DNA of 57,495 nucleotides from Deltaproteobacteria bacterium (GTDB lineage: Bacteria; Desulfobacterota; Desulfarculia; Adiutricales; Adiutricaceae). The translations under genes and the position numbers were made by a program. Where the stretch lies: contig JAITKK010000225.1 of the NCBI GenBank assembly GCA_031278475.1, positions 1-57,495 on the forward strand, written 5' to 3'. The notes beneath the pieces are model-generated. The model worked only from the letters and a program-made list of their open reading frames with translations, ran no database searches and was not told the origin of the DNA. Position 1 is the first letter of the stretch; every line of letters starts with the position of its first letter. Below are positions 37,344 to 49,805 of this stretch, in pieces.

Positions 37344-37502
37344 GACATCCCCGGGCTTTTTTGCTAATTAGGGGTTGTCACTCCCGGCACGATATGTAAT
37401 TTTATTTTTTACATTTTCGCAGGCGAAAAGCGGCAGGGCTGCCACGTCTTTTGCCCGCCTCAAAGGGCGAGCCTTCCTTGGATATGGGGCTCACATTAAA
37501 TT

Positions 37503-37557
37503 GCCTGCCTGCCTGCCTGATAGCCTGATAGCCTGCCTGATAGCCTGATAAGCTGCC
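37503..37557. repeat. compound tandem repeat built from GCCT and GCCTGATA units (20-bp superunit x2)
   Basis: gcct gcct gcctgcctgatagcctgata gcctgcctgatagcctgata agctgcc. Confidence 0.85.
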
Positions 37558-38007
37558 AACTTGCTTTCCGGCTTGTTGCACTGGCTCAATGGCGCTTTCC
37601 AAAACAGGCGGATTATAGGTTGTAATTGCATTTTAGTGTCTTTGTTGGTTTTTGGGGTATTCCCCGTTTACCCGCATTTTTAGTATCTGTGGTTTCTTTA
37701 TCACTTGGCCCGGGTTTCGCGGTTAATCGCCTGGAATCGGAAAATCAGGTTATTATCAAGCAATTATTTTACAACCCTGCAATACCCCACTTTTTGGAAA
37801 AGCCACAAAAGCAAGACAAACGGAAAACCCGATCCCTTATAGCTTTGCATAATAATCGAGTGTCCTGATTGGGCAATACGCATTTTTAACAATTCAATGA
37901 TATCAATATGTACGAAAAACGTCATAATAATCGCGAAACTTGGGATGGTTTTGGCGCAATCATTGTCCCAACCGCTTGCGGCAAGGCGCCAACGGAGGCA
38001 TTTTCAG

Positions 38008-38622
38008 ATGGGCCTTTTGAAGGGGAACCCCACGGTCACCCGCTACAGGATACTTGACCCGCTTACGAACGATTTCACGGAAGAGTTCATAGGGGAGCGG
38101 CTCAGGAAGTACGCCTTCCAGAACATAGAGGGCACAACCGACGAGAACGCCGTGGGCTGGGTGGAGCTCTTCGCTTACCTGTCGACAGCGTTCGAAAAGG
38201 AGTCCTACTCCTTCGGGAACACCTATGCCTTCACCATGCGCATGGACTCAAGAAGGCTCTCCACCAAGGTGCTCAACCGCTACTACGACCTGACCGAGGC
38301 CAGGTACTTCAACAAGCACGGAAGGCAGCCAAACGCCAAGAAGAAAAAGGAGCTCAAAGAGACCCTGAGGCTGGAGCTTCTCAAAAAGATCCTTCTTACG
38401 ACCGACCTCTACGAGGCGGTGTGGTTTTCAAGGACATCCGAGATATGGTTCTTCGGCTCGGGCGAGAAGCTCAGGATCGCCTTCGAGGAGCTCTTCGGGC
38501 AGACCTTCGGGCTCGCGATCAGGCTCATCGTCCCCATAACCATGGGGCTCGAGCTGGTCGACGACAATGACCGGCTTTCCCTGTTGGATCTCGTGCCGGG
38601 CCCTCTGGGCATAGGGGGCTAG
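38008..38622 (+). CDS. RdgC-like recombination-associated protein (short form)
   Basis: ATG at 38008 after GGAGG. MGLLKGNPTVTRYRI..., VGWVE, and MDSRRLSTKVL...KKKKELKETLRLELLKK resemble the N-terminal half of RdgC (PF04381) as I recall it. Not verified. Confidence 0.5.
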   Translation: MGLLKGNPTVTRYRILDPLTNDFTEEFIGERLRKYAFQNIEGTTDENAVGWVELFAYLSTAFEKESYSFGNTYAFTMRMDSRRLSTKVLNRYYDLTEARYFNKHGRQPNAKKKKELKETLRLELLKKILLTTDLYEAVWFSRTSEIWFFGSGEKLRIAFEELFGQTFGLAIRLIVPITMGLELVDDNDRLSLLDLVPGPLGIGG

Positions 38623-38623
38623 T

Positions 38624-39232
38624 ATGGCCAAAGGCAGGAAGGGCGGCAAAGGGGACATACCCACGGCCATAGAGATACTGGAGCAGGAGGACTTTTTCGA
38701 GCTCTGGCAGGGGAAGCTTTTCCTGGGCCAGGAGTTCCTCACCTGGCTGTGGCTCAGGACCGAAGGCGACGGGAGGACAATGCGGCTCCCCAACGGCCAC
38801 GAGGTGGAGGTCTGGTTCGAAAACCAGCTGCAGCTGAGCCTGGGTAGCGGGCAGACCAAGAGGAGCGTCTCCATCACGACCACCGAGGAACCCGCCGACG
38901 GCGACTGGATGGAGGCCTACACGGCACTCGCCCAGCACAAGAAGGTGAGCAAGGGCACCCTCCGCGTAAGGACCGGGCCGTCCGAGTGGCGGTTCACCTT
39001 GTCCCACGACACACTGATACCCCAAGGGATCAGGCTTTCCACCAAAAGCGCCCCCGAGGACACGGAGGAGCTGGGGAAGGAAGGGAGGGTCTTGGAAAGG
39101 CTCTCCTCCACGGCCGAGCTCCTTAACATCCTGGAGGGGCTCTTCAAGGTGTTCATCAGGCTAAGGGTATCCCCGGAGTGGGACAAGAAAGAGCTCCCCA
39201 GGCTCCAGGGCTTCCTGGACAGCCAAAAATGA
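38624..39232 (+). CDS. hypothetical protein, possible partner or second half of the RdgC-like module
   Basis: Starts 1 nt after the preceding stop. Its stop overlaps the plsC start (ATGA). Has a conserved-looking block LFLGQEFLTWLWLRTE. No family recognised with confidence. Confidence 0.55.
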   Translation: MAKGRKGGKGDIPTAIEILEQEDFFELWQGKLFLGQEFLTWLWLRTEGDGRTMRLPNGHEVEVWFENQLQLSLGSGQTKRSVSITTTEEPADGDWMEAYTALAQHKKVSKGTLRVRTGPSEWRFTLSHDTLIPQGIRLSTKSAPEDTEELGKEGRVLERLSSTAELLNILEGLFKVFIRLRVSPEWDKKELPRLQGFLDSQK

Positions 39233-40110
39233 GGTGCATCGGCCGATGTTGCCTGCGGGCACTCTTCGCCGTATGGTACTACGCGTTTTTCCTGACCCTT
39301 ACCCTGCTAGCAGGGTTTCTCTGCCTCTTCCTAAGCCTCTTTTCCAGGAAGGCCGCGAGGGTGGTGACGGGCGTCGTCTGGGCCTCGGTCGTTTTCGGCC
39401 CAGCCTTCATAGGCCTTGAGACCAGGGGCCGGGATAACATCCCAAAAAAAGGCGGCTTCGTCATCTTCGTGAACCACCGCTCGCTTTTGGACATCCCAGC
39501 CGTCGCCATGTCCACGGGGCTTCCGGTCACATGGCTTGCCAAGGCCTCCCTGGGCCGCATCCCGCTATTCGGCTGGTGCCTCAAAAGGGGGCACATGCTG
39601 ATTGAGCGCGAGGGCGGGACCGAAGCCGCCAAGAAGATGGTTGCCGAGGCCGAGGAACGCCTCAATGCCGGGGAGATCATCTCCATCTTCCCGGAGGGCA
39701 CCCGCAACATGGGTGACTCCCCGCTTCTCCCCTTCAAGAAGGGGGCCTTCATACTGGCCAAGCACACGGGCGCGCAACTGCTTCCCATCGCGACCTACAA
39801 CACGGGCAATCTCTGGCCGAAAGGCGCCCTGCTCCCCCACAGCGGGAAGATAACCGTGAGCATAGGCAAGCCCATGGCATTCGGGCCCAAGGATACCCTA
39901 AACGTCATAACGCAGAAATGCCAGGACACCCTCTTGGGGCTCTACTCCGCCATGGAGAGTGACCATAAGGCTCTGCTCGGGGAAAGGGATGCCGAAGACA
40001 CCCAAGCCAAGGGCCCGGGCCCAGGCACGAAAGACGGCGGGAAAGGGGTGAAGGAAGGGGGCGTGGGTGACGCAGGCGCCGACAACGATGCCGGAAAGTC
40101 CCAAGCCTGA
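39229..40110 (+). CDS. plsC: 1-acyl-sn-glycerol-3-phosphate acyltransferase
   Basis: N-terminal TM helix, acyltransferase motifs FVNHRSLLDIPA (HxxxxD) and FPEGTRN. ATG at 39229. Confidence 0.88.
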   Translation: MRCIGRCCLRALFAVWYYAFFLTLTLLAGFLCLFLSLFSRKAARVVTGVVWASVVFGPAFIGLETRGRDNIPKKGGFVIFVNHRSLLDIPAVAMSTGLPVTWLAKASLGRIPLFGWCLKRGHMLIEREGGTEAAKKMVAEAEERLNAGEIISIFPEGTRNMGDSPLLPFKKGAFILAKHTGAQLLPIATYNTGNLWPKGALLPHSGKITVSIGKPMAFGPKDTLNVITQKCQDTLLGLYSAMESDHKALLGERDAEDTQAKGPGPGTKDGGKGVKEGGVGDAGADNDAGKSQA

Positions 40111-40242
40111 GGATACTGAAAAGAGGTGTTTTTTGCTAATATAGGCGGAGTTTGGGCGAAAAGCCTGCGGTATGCTTGAAATGCGGGCTTAAGGCATGCC
40201 CAAGGCATGCCTAGGGAAATCACACTGAATCAGTCCATTGCC

Positions 40243-40305
40243 CTTTTCGCTAATTTCACTACTTTTCGCTAATTTCACTACTTTTCGCTAATTTCACTAC
40301 TTTTC
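40243..40305. repeat. tandem repeat, 19-bp unit CTTTTCGCTAATTTCACTA, 3 copies plus a degenerate tail
   Basis: Perfect units at 40243, 40262 and 40281. Confidence 0.9.
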
Positions 40306-40521
40306 CCGGCTTACCCCGACTTTTCCCACACCCTTCCAAGATTTTCCCCAGCATTCCCTAACTATTCCCAACTTACCCCGGCTTTCAAGCACATTCCATA
40401 AAAGTCAAAGTGAGCTAGCCTTCCAAGCCATGACGCTAAAAGCCATGCCGCTTAAGTATTGCGGCCATGCTTGCATTGCGGCCCCGCCAAGACTTGCGGG
40501 GCCGCAATGCCTGATGTCCCC

Positions 40522-41028
40522 CTATGACTTTTGCTCGGTCTTCCGGGGCGGAGCCTCAGGCCGCGGGTTGAAGAACCTGGTGCAGATGCCGAACCTGTTC
40601 ACCCAGAGCGGGGTGAGCTTTCCTTCCGGGCTCACCAGCATGTAGGTCTCGCAGCGGTAGCGGCGGTTGGGCTCCCTCGTCCAGTCCCAGTCGTTGAAGC
40701 GGTAGTCGTAGGCGTAGCGCATGTCCCCGGATACGTTGTATTCCTCCACGTAGATGTACCTCTCGCCGGGTTGGCCGCCTGTCTGCTTGTCAACCTTGTC
40801 CGGGTAGCCCCATTCCGTTATGAGCTCGCTCACGTTGCGGCCCCTCCAGGTCTCAAGGGCGCGCATCTGGGGCTGGGCGAAGAACTTTTCAGGTGATCCC
40901 AGGCAGTTCTCGTTCACCGGCCGGCAGCCAGAGTCGTTCATGTAGTCGGTTACCGAGTCGCTTATCGGGACGCAGGCGAAAAACATAATGGGGCACAGAA
41001 ACAAAAGTGCAATGGGTTTCATTGGCAT
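40522..41028 (-). CDS. lipoprotein, hypothetical
   Basis: From the ATG at 41028: MPMKPIALLFLCPIMFFAC (lipobox FFAC), followed by a Cys-containing globular domain. The upstream part of ORF 40522..41226 overlaps the next gene. Confidence 0.65.
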   Translation of the reverse strand: MPMKPIALLFLCPIMFFACVPISDSVTDYMNDSGCRPVNENCLGSPEKFFAQPQMRALETWRGRNVSELITEWGYPDKVDKQTGGQPGERYIYVEEYNVSGDMRYAYDYRFNDWDWTREPNRRYRCETYMLVSPEGKLTPLWVNRFGICTRFFNPRPEAPPRKTEQKS

Positions 41029-41116
41029 ATGTCTCGGGCTTTCCGTCTTGAAGGTTGTGGGGATGTTAGGGGTATGCGTTTGTCTGCGCGTCTGATCCTT
41101 CCCTGAAAGGCCTGGC

Positions 41117-41602
41117 TCAGGGCTTTCCGCCCCTGGACGCCGGGTTCTTGGGAGCTGGCCCTTCCTGGGAGAGCACTTGGCAGGAGTCCAGGAAGATGTT
41201 GTCTTTTGCCGACGATTTGGAGACAAAGCCCGCGATGGTCACCCGGTCGCCCAACGCTACCTGGCGCGAGCCCGGGGGGAGCGTCCTCAGGCAGTAGACC
41301 GTGCCCTTGGCCGGGATCCCGCTTACCGACGGGTTTTCGGAAACGCCCATCAGCTCCTTTCCGACAGGGCCGCCTTGGTAGCGGCTCACAACGTAGCCCG
41401 TGAGCCTCACCCCGTCGGGGGGGTAGGGCTCCTTGCGGTCCTGGCCCACGGTCTGGTTGAGCTGGTCAATGGAGAGGCCCATCGCCTTGGAAGGCGTGAA
41501 GGCCTTCCTGGGGGCCCGGCCTTGGCTCTGGCAGGCGGCCAGAAACATCGCGGACAGCAACACTGCCATAATTGCCCTTAATGCCTGTCCCATGCTTTTC
41601 AC
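41117..41602 (-). CDS. lipoprotein, hypothetical
   Basis: MKSMGQALRAIMAVLLSAMFLAACQSQ (lipobox LAAC). Start is GTG at 41602 or ATG at 41593. Lies downstream of the hybrid kinase on the same strand. Confidence 0.65.
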   Translation of the reverse strand: MKSMGQALRAIMAVLLSAMFLAACQSQGRAPRKAFTPSKAMGLSIDQLNQTVGQDRKEPYPPDGVRLTGYVVSRYQGGPVGKELMGVSENPSVSGIPAKGTVYCLRTLPPGSRQVALGDRVTIAGFVSKSSAKDNIFLDSCQVLSQEGPAPKNPASRGGKP

Positions 41603-41744
41603 CTCGGCAACCCCTTTGCGCGGTCGATGTCTTTTCCCGATTGATGCCTTTCCGATTGATGCCTGTCAGTGCCCCTGCCGTCTTTTGCCCATTGGGCATC
41701 GTTATCGCCGGGTCTGGGCGCAAGGCCGGTCTTTTACCCAGGGC

Positions 41745-44648
<2,904 letters not shown>

Positions 44649-45099
44649 GAGTCACTGAAAATCCAAAATCGTGGAAGGACGCGGCAGGCATCCTAGCCCT
44701 ATGGGAGGCGGCCTGGTTCGGGCCGGGCGGGAAATTGACCCGCGCCCCGGGCTGGTTCATAAGCAAAGGGGCCTTGCCCCTTGGCTCATCCTACAACATT
44801 GCGCGCAAAATTATAAGGGCCCGGAAGGGATCCAGGCCCCTGCCCGCGGCCGTGGCGGCCGCGGGCAGGGGCCCGCCTTGCCCCGGGGAAGGTGGGCCTA
44901 GGCAAAAATATAATACAGTGCCTGGGCCCCGTAGGCTTGAAGGCATGGCCAATGGCCTGGGAGGCCCCGGCCCTTGGCCCAAAGATTCTGGTTCTTGTTG
45001 TGTGGCTTAGTGGCCTTTTCCGGCCTTTGGGTGCTTTTGGTGGCCTTTGGGGGCTTCTGGCCTTTTTGGGGGCTTTTTGCCCGAAGGCAAGCGGGCGTG

Positions 45100-46869
45100 C
45101 TAGAGACCCTCCATAAGGCCTTCTATCACCTGGAAGCCTCCCTTCCAGAAGGCATCGTCAAGCGGGCCCACCCCGGCCTCGGAAAGGATGTCGGCGGGGG
45201 CCAGCGAGCCCCCCAGCTCGAGTATCCGGAGGAAGGCGGGGACGAACTTGGGGCCTTCCAGCTGGTAGCGGCGGAAGAGGCTGTAGACCAGGAGCTGGCC
45301 GAAGGAGTAGGCGTAGACGTAGAAGGGGGTGTGGAAGAAGTGGGGGATGCTGACCCACTCCCAGGCGAACTCAGGGGAGACGTCGATGGAGTCCCCGAAC
45401 TGGGTGCGCAGGTTGCCCAGGTAGCTGTCGCTAATCTCGGTTGCGGTTGCCCCCTTGGCCGCCATCTCGTGGGCGACTGACTCGAAAAGGGAGAAGAAGG
45501 CCTGGCGGCCCACGGTCGCGTAGGCGTCGTCCATCAGGTGGGCCGCGAGATCCCTGCGGCCCGGCTCGTCAAGGTCGCCCTGCCTTAGCCTTTCGCCAAG
45601 GAGCATCTCGCCGAAGGTGGAGGCGGTCTCGGCCAAGGGCAGGGCCGCGTGGTACTGGAAGATGCCCTTGTCGGCCGCCAGCTGGGAGTGCACCGCGTGC
45701 CCCAGCTCGTGGGCCAGGGTGAACATGTCCTGGCGGCGGCCCTTGTAGGTCATCAGCACCCAGGGCGGCTCCCCCGGGGTAAGGGAGGCGCAGTAGGCCC
45801 CGCTCTCCTTTCCGGGCATCTTCCTTGCGCTTAGGTGCCTCGCCTGGTCTATCCTCATGGCAAGGTCCGCCATTTTAGGGGAGAACGCCCCGAAGGCCTC
45901 CCTCACCTCCGATAGGGCCGCCTCGAAGGGGATGTCCTCTTCCTTGGGTTTGGCCAAAGGCGCGTATATGTCATAGCGGCGGAGCCTCCCCATGCCAAGG
46001 GCCGCGGCCTTCCGCCTGAACCATTCACCGAACACCCTGGGTGCCTCCTCGGCGCATACCCTGAGAAGGCTCGCGACCACCCCGTCCGGAAGGTCGTTTC
46101 TGTGGTTGCGCACTGCCCTTGGGTCCCGGTAACCCCTGAGTGACACGTTCTCGGTGCGGAAGTCCCTGGCGAGGTTCTGGAAGATAAGGGCAAGTGTGGG
46201 CCCTTCCTTGGAGAAAACCCTGTAGAACTCCTTGTAGGCGCCCTCCCTCACCTCGGGCAGGTGGTCCCGCACGTGGACCATGAGCTCCTCCCGGGTGACG
46301 TCGCCTGCGCCCCCGCCAGGAAGGTAGTCGGTCGAGAAGCGGTAGCCGTTGGTGATGGTGTCGTAGAGGATGACCATGGCGTCCGGGCCGGTCGCGTTCT
46401 TTTGGTTTATTATCCTCTCCTCTGGCTCTGAGAGGGTGTGGGGCTTGAAGGCCCTAAGCCGCTCAAGGTAATACCGCAGCCCTGGCACCGCGTCCATGAA
46501 GGCCGAGGCCCTGGCATCGGGGAGGTCCTTCCACCAGAGCTCGAAAAAGAGAAGCGAGTTCTCAAGCCCCACCAGCTCGTGCTCCACCACCCCCACGAAG
46601 GCCTGGGCCTTCTGGTTGGAGGTGTCCTCGGAGAAGTACAGCCCGGAGTAGCCCCCCAGCTTCGATGCCAGCTCCTGGATGGAGGAAAGCTCCCCCATGA
46701 GCTCCCGGAAGTCGTCGTTGTCGAAGTCTTCCGCCTCAATCCTTGGCTTCCAGCGGGGGAAGCTTGCGGAAAGCTCCCTGATCTTTGCCATGTCGGATTC
46801 CAGCTCCGGGGATCCCTGCCGGTAGAGCTGCGCCAGTTCCCAGTGCGGTGCGTTCCCTGAGTCGCCCAT
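45100..46869 (-). CDS. pepF: M3-family oligoendopeptidase F-like metallopeptidase
   Basis: Zinc motif HELGHAVH and about 590 aa. The ATG at 46869 follows AAAGGA. The ORF extends to 46959. Confidence 0.88.
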   Translation of the reverse strand: MGDSGNAPHWELAQLYRQGSPELESDMAKIRELSASFPRWKPRIEAEDFDNDDFRELMGELSSIQELASKLGGYSGLYFSEDTSNQKAQAFVGVVEHELVGLENSLLFFELWWKDLPDARASAFMDAVPGLRYYLERLRAFKPHTLSEPEERIINQKNATGPDAMVILYDTITNGYRFSTDYLPGGGAGDVTREELMVHVRDHLPEVREGAYKEFYRVFSKEGPTLALIFQNLARDFRTENVSLRGYRDPRAVRNHRNDLPDGVVASLLRVCAEEAPRVFGEWFRRKAAALGMGRLRRYDIYAPLAKPKEEDIPFEAALSEVREAFGAFSPKMADLAMRIDQARHLSARKMPGKESGAYCASLTPGEPPWVLMTYKGRRQDMFTLAHELGHAVHSQLAADKGIFQYHAALPLAETASTFGEMLLGERLRQGDLDEPGRRDLAAHLMDDAYATVGRQAFFSLFESVAHEMAAKGATATEISDSYLGNLRTQFGDSIDVSPEFAWEWVSIPHFFHTPFYVYAYSFGQLLVYSLFRRYQLEGPKFVPAFLRILELGGSLAPADILSEAGVGPLDDAFWKGGFQVIEGLMEGL

Positions 46870-47871
46870 GTCGGTCCTTTCGCTTGCGTTGCCTTTGGCC
46901 TTTGGCCAAGGATTTTTATATGGTAAAAGCCCTATCAAACCAATTGCACACAGTACCACAAAAGGGGCGGCTATGCCAGTTGCCTGCCATTTAAAGCGCC
47001 GCGGCCAAACCTGGGGGAGCTAGGCAAAGGGTCTTGGCCATGGCAACGGCCAAGGCCCGCGGGCAAGGCCAACGAGTACGGCAATCGCTAGGCCTGTGGC
47101 CTTGGATTTGTGCGGGGTTCAAGGAAGGCTTTTAACAATTCTTTGATAATTTATTGGGTTCTTGGACAATTCAAAAAATTAATTATGCCAAAGGGCTTGC
47201 GGCCTAAAATGTGCTCCGGGCTTATGGCAAATGTTTTGCTTGTTTTGGGTAAGTGCGACACTTGCGCTAATTTGACGCAATTTTGCGTAAGCGCGGATTC
47301 GTTCCCATGCTGAAGGCGGACCAAGAGCCGCAAATCGAATAGGGCCAAAAAGCAAAAAACCAAACTTGGGTGATTTGCCTCAAAAATGCCGATAGCGCAT
47401 GATATTTTGCAATCCAATCAAGCGGTTTGCGAGATGCAAAACATGATGCTAAACATGATGCAAATCATTGTGCAAGATATAATGCATAATAATATGCAAA
47501 ATATTGACATATTGATGAAACGCTAGAAATACCATAGGCTAAAAATTATTATAATTGGCAAATATGTTCAGTGTTTATGGTTTTTTTGGTATTTTCCAAA
47601 CCTTTTAAAGAGGTTCCTAAATGATTTTCATAAACGCCAAAGGCAGAAATTGTAAGCGCACAAAAGTCTAAGATATTCACAAATTACCCGAAATTAGGGA
47701 CAATTACAGGCCCGATTGATTTCACGCAATGTCGCATTCAAGGCTCTGTTATACGTGTGATCCAATAAAAACGCATATTATGGAATAATACGCCCGAAAC
47801 AATAGTAGGCGATGATTTCCGCTGAGATTATTTGCTCGATTGAGAACGGGCAAAAGCCAGCCGCAAAACGA

Positions 47872-49098
47872 TTAGCGCAGGAATTCAATGGAACTCGCGA
47901 ATACCTTGCGGAATGCGGCATCAATCGCGTCCGCATTTTTAGTCCCAACCGGGAAGGGATCCTCGTGGCGGTAGGGAAATGGGAAATCCTCCACGTCCAC
48001 CCGGATGTCAATGTCCCTTGCGGCCCCCTTGAGGGTGTTTATCACCTCGAAATAGGGCACCACCTCGTCTTTGGCAAGGCACAGGGCGTAAATGCGTTCG
48101 GAAAGATCCCTTAGCTTATCCTCCCTGTAGCCTCTGTCCAGGCGGTAGTTAAGGAAGCTGCGGATGTTCATGCCCACTTTTACGGAATCGCCCGAGAGGT
48201 AGCTTGCGAGGTTTTGGTTTTCCTTTATGTGGCTTGTCAGGTGCTCCACCAGGTAGGAGTAGAGGGCAACGCTTGCCTCGGAGTCCAGGATGAACTTGGA
48301 TACTGGCGAGAGGCGGTTAAACACGGGCCCCCCGCAGAAGGCCACCATCCTTGAGTCCCGGAACAAACCATCCTCGTCCGTCATCAACACGATCTCGCCC
48401 AACAAGGTGCCTATGGAGTAGGTGAAGAAGTCTATCCGCGCATCCTTTTTTATGCCGGGGAACGCCCCCTTGCGGATGAGCCTTCCAAGCTCCCCCACGT
48501 CATGGAAGGACTGGAGCCCCGACCAGAAGAACCTCGCGGGGTTTTCCGACATGCGCACGCTTATGGCGGCATTTGAGAGGGTGCTCTGTTGCACCCTCGG
48601 GAAGGCCTTTTTCCGGAGCTGCGAGACCGAGCGCATCAGGTGCGGGTCGTTCCAGGCGGAAGGGGACCGGTTCATGTGGAAGGCGATGGGGAACATGGCG
48701 ACGGCCGCCCCCGTTCCCTCCGCCAAAAGGGACGCCCAGGGCAAATACTTTCCCCAGTTCCGCTCGTTGAAGCCGTGGAGCAGGATTATCACCCTGTCCG
48801 CGTCCCCCTCGTTTGGCTGCAGGGCGTGGAAGGCGAAGTCCTTGTTCTCTGGTATCCTGTGGTCAGGTACCTTCGTTATGGCGTAGGTTTCCCGGGCGGC
48901 GTCCGAATCAGAGTCCGTTACCCCCGACTTGTCCGGGAGCGGGTCGAAAAGTGGGGTTTCCACGGACTGTAATAATTTGTGGGCAACGGATCCGAAGCGG
49001 TGGTTGCGGACCCTCTGGGATAGCTCGGGAAGCTCTATCACTTCCGGCTCGAAATCTATTCTTTTTTTAAGGTATTCGTGTAATTCGTTGTAACGCAT
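47872..49098 (-). CDS. alpha/beta-hydrolase-fold-like protein, function unknown
   Basis: From the ATG at 49098 (MRYNELHEYLKK). Has VIILLHGFNE and a nucleophile-elbow-like FFTYSIGTLLG. The upstream part of ORF 47872..49392 overlaps the neighbouring lipoprotein gene. Confidence 0.6.
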   Translation of the reverse strand: MRYNELHEYLKKRIDFEPEVIELPELSQRVRNHRFGSVAHKLLQSVETPLFDPLPDKSGVTDSDSDAARETYAITKVPDHRIPENKDFAFHALQPNEGDADRVIILLHGFNERNWGKYLPWASLLAEGTGAAVAMFPIAFHMNRSPSAWNDPHLMRSVSQLRKKAFPRVQQSTLSNAAISVRMSENPARFFWSGLQSFHDVGELGRLIRKGAFPGIKKDARIDFFTYSIGTLLGEIVLMTDEDGLFRDSRMVAFCGGPVFNRLSPVSKFILDSEASVALYSYLVEHLTSHIKENQNLASYLSGDSVKVGMNIRSFLNYRLDRGYREDKLRDLSERIYALCLAKDEVVPYFEVINTLKGAARDIDIRVDVEDFPFPYRHEDPFPVGTKNADAIDAAFRKVFASSIEFLR

Positions 49099-49271
49099 GT
49101 GTCGCCCGCCTCTTTGCGAGGCATTGTTGTTGGTTTGTTTTCGAATCCATGCCGTATTGTGGGTAGTCATGGAAGTGGTCAGGGCATGGGCGTGCGAAGC
49201 CAGGCCCTTGGGAAAGCATTCCAAGGGAAGTCTCATTCGGTGCGGGAAACAGGCTTGGGAAGGCCGTGGGC

Positions 49272-49805
49272 TCAGGGCCCCCCGGGGAGGGTTAGGTTGA
49301 AGTAGGAGGGGCCGGGGTTGGGGTCCCGGTTGAGCCCCTGGTATAAGGGATCGCTGTAGCGGGCGTAGGAGAGGTTCTCCTCGAAACGCCACTCGTAGAC
49401 AACGCCCCCATGGGTCCTGAGGCTCACGAGGAAGCTCGCGGGGTAGTCGGCTATGACGTCCCCGTCGTTAAGCGCGGGCTGGTCGTAGATGGCGACAGGC
49501 CTGTAGCTCACCTGCACCTCGCCCTGGGGGCCGGTCACGGCGTTCCCGTCGGGCGGGAAGTTGAGCGTCGCCGGTGGGGCTATTGCCACGTTCACGTGGG
49601 CCCCCGCGACCGGGCTAAAGCTTCCCTCCCGCTCGAAGACCAAGACAAGCTTCCGCTCGGAAAAGCGCGGGGCCTCGGTGGCCGTTGGGGTCTCCCGGGC
49701 GGGTATGGAGCAGGCAGGGAGCGCCATTGCCATGAGCGCGAGTGCCGCCCACAGGGTAAGGCTTAGCGGGCCCCGCCCTTGGCGGGGCCCGCGGGCTTGG
49801 CTCAT
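49272..49805 (-). CDS. lipoprotein, hypothetical
   Basis: The ATG at 49805 overlaps the RNase E/G stop (ATGA). MSQARGPRQGRGPLSLTLWAALALMAMALPACS (lipobox LPAC). Confidence 0.65.
   Translation of the reverse strand: MSQARGPRQGRGPLSLTLWAALALMAMALPACSIPARETPTATEAPRFSERKLVLVFEREGSFSPVAGAHVNVAIAPPATLNFPPDGNAVTGPQGEVQVSYRPVAIYDQPALNDGDVIADYPASFLVSLRTHGGVVYEWRFEENLSYARYSDPLYQGLNRDPNPGPSYFNLTLPGGP

Noticed and set aside
37342-37370. TTGACA - 17 nt - TAATTA promoter-like match immediately after the PilZ-operon terminator
   Set aside because: The -10 hexamer lacks the conserved final T and matches poorly. No downstream gene lies within 600 nt. The evidence is too weak to call.
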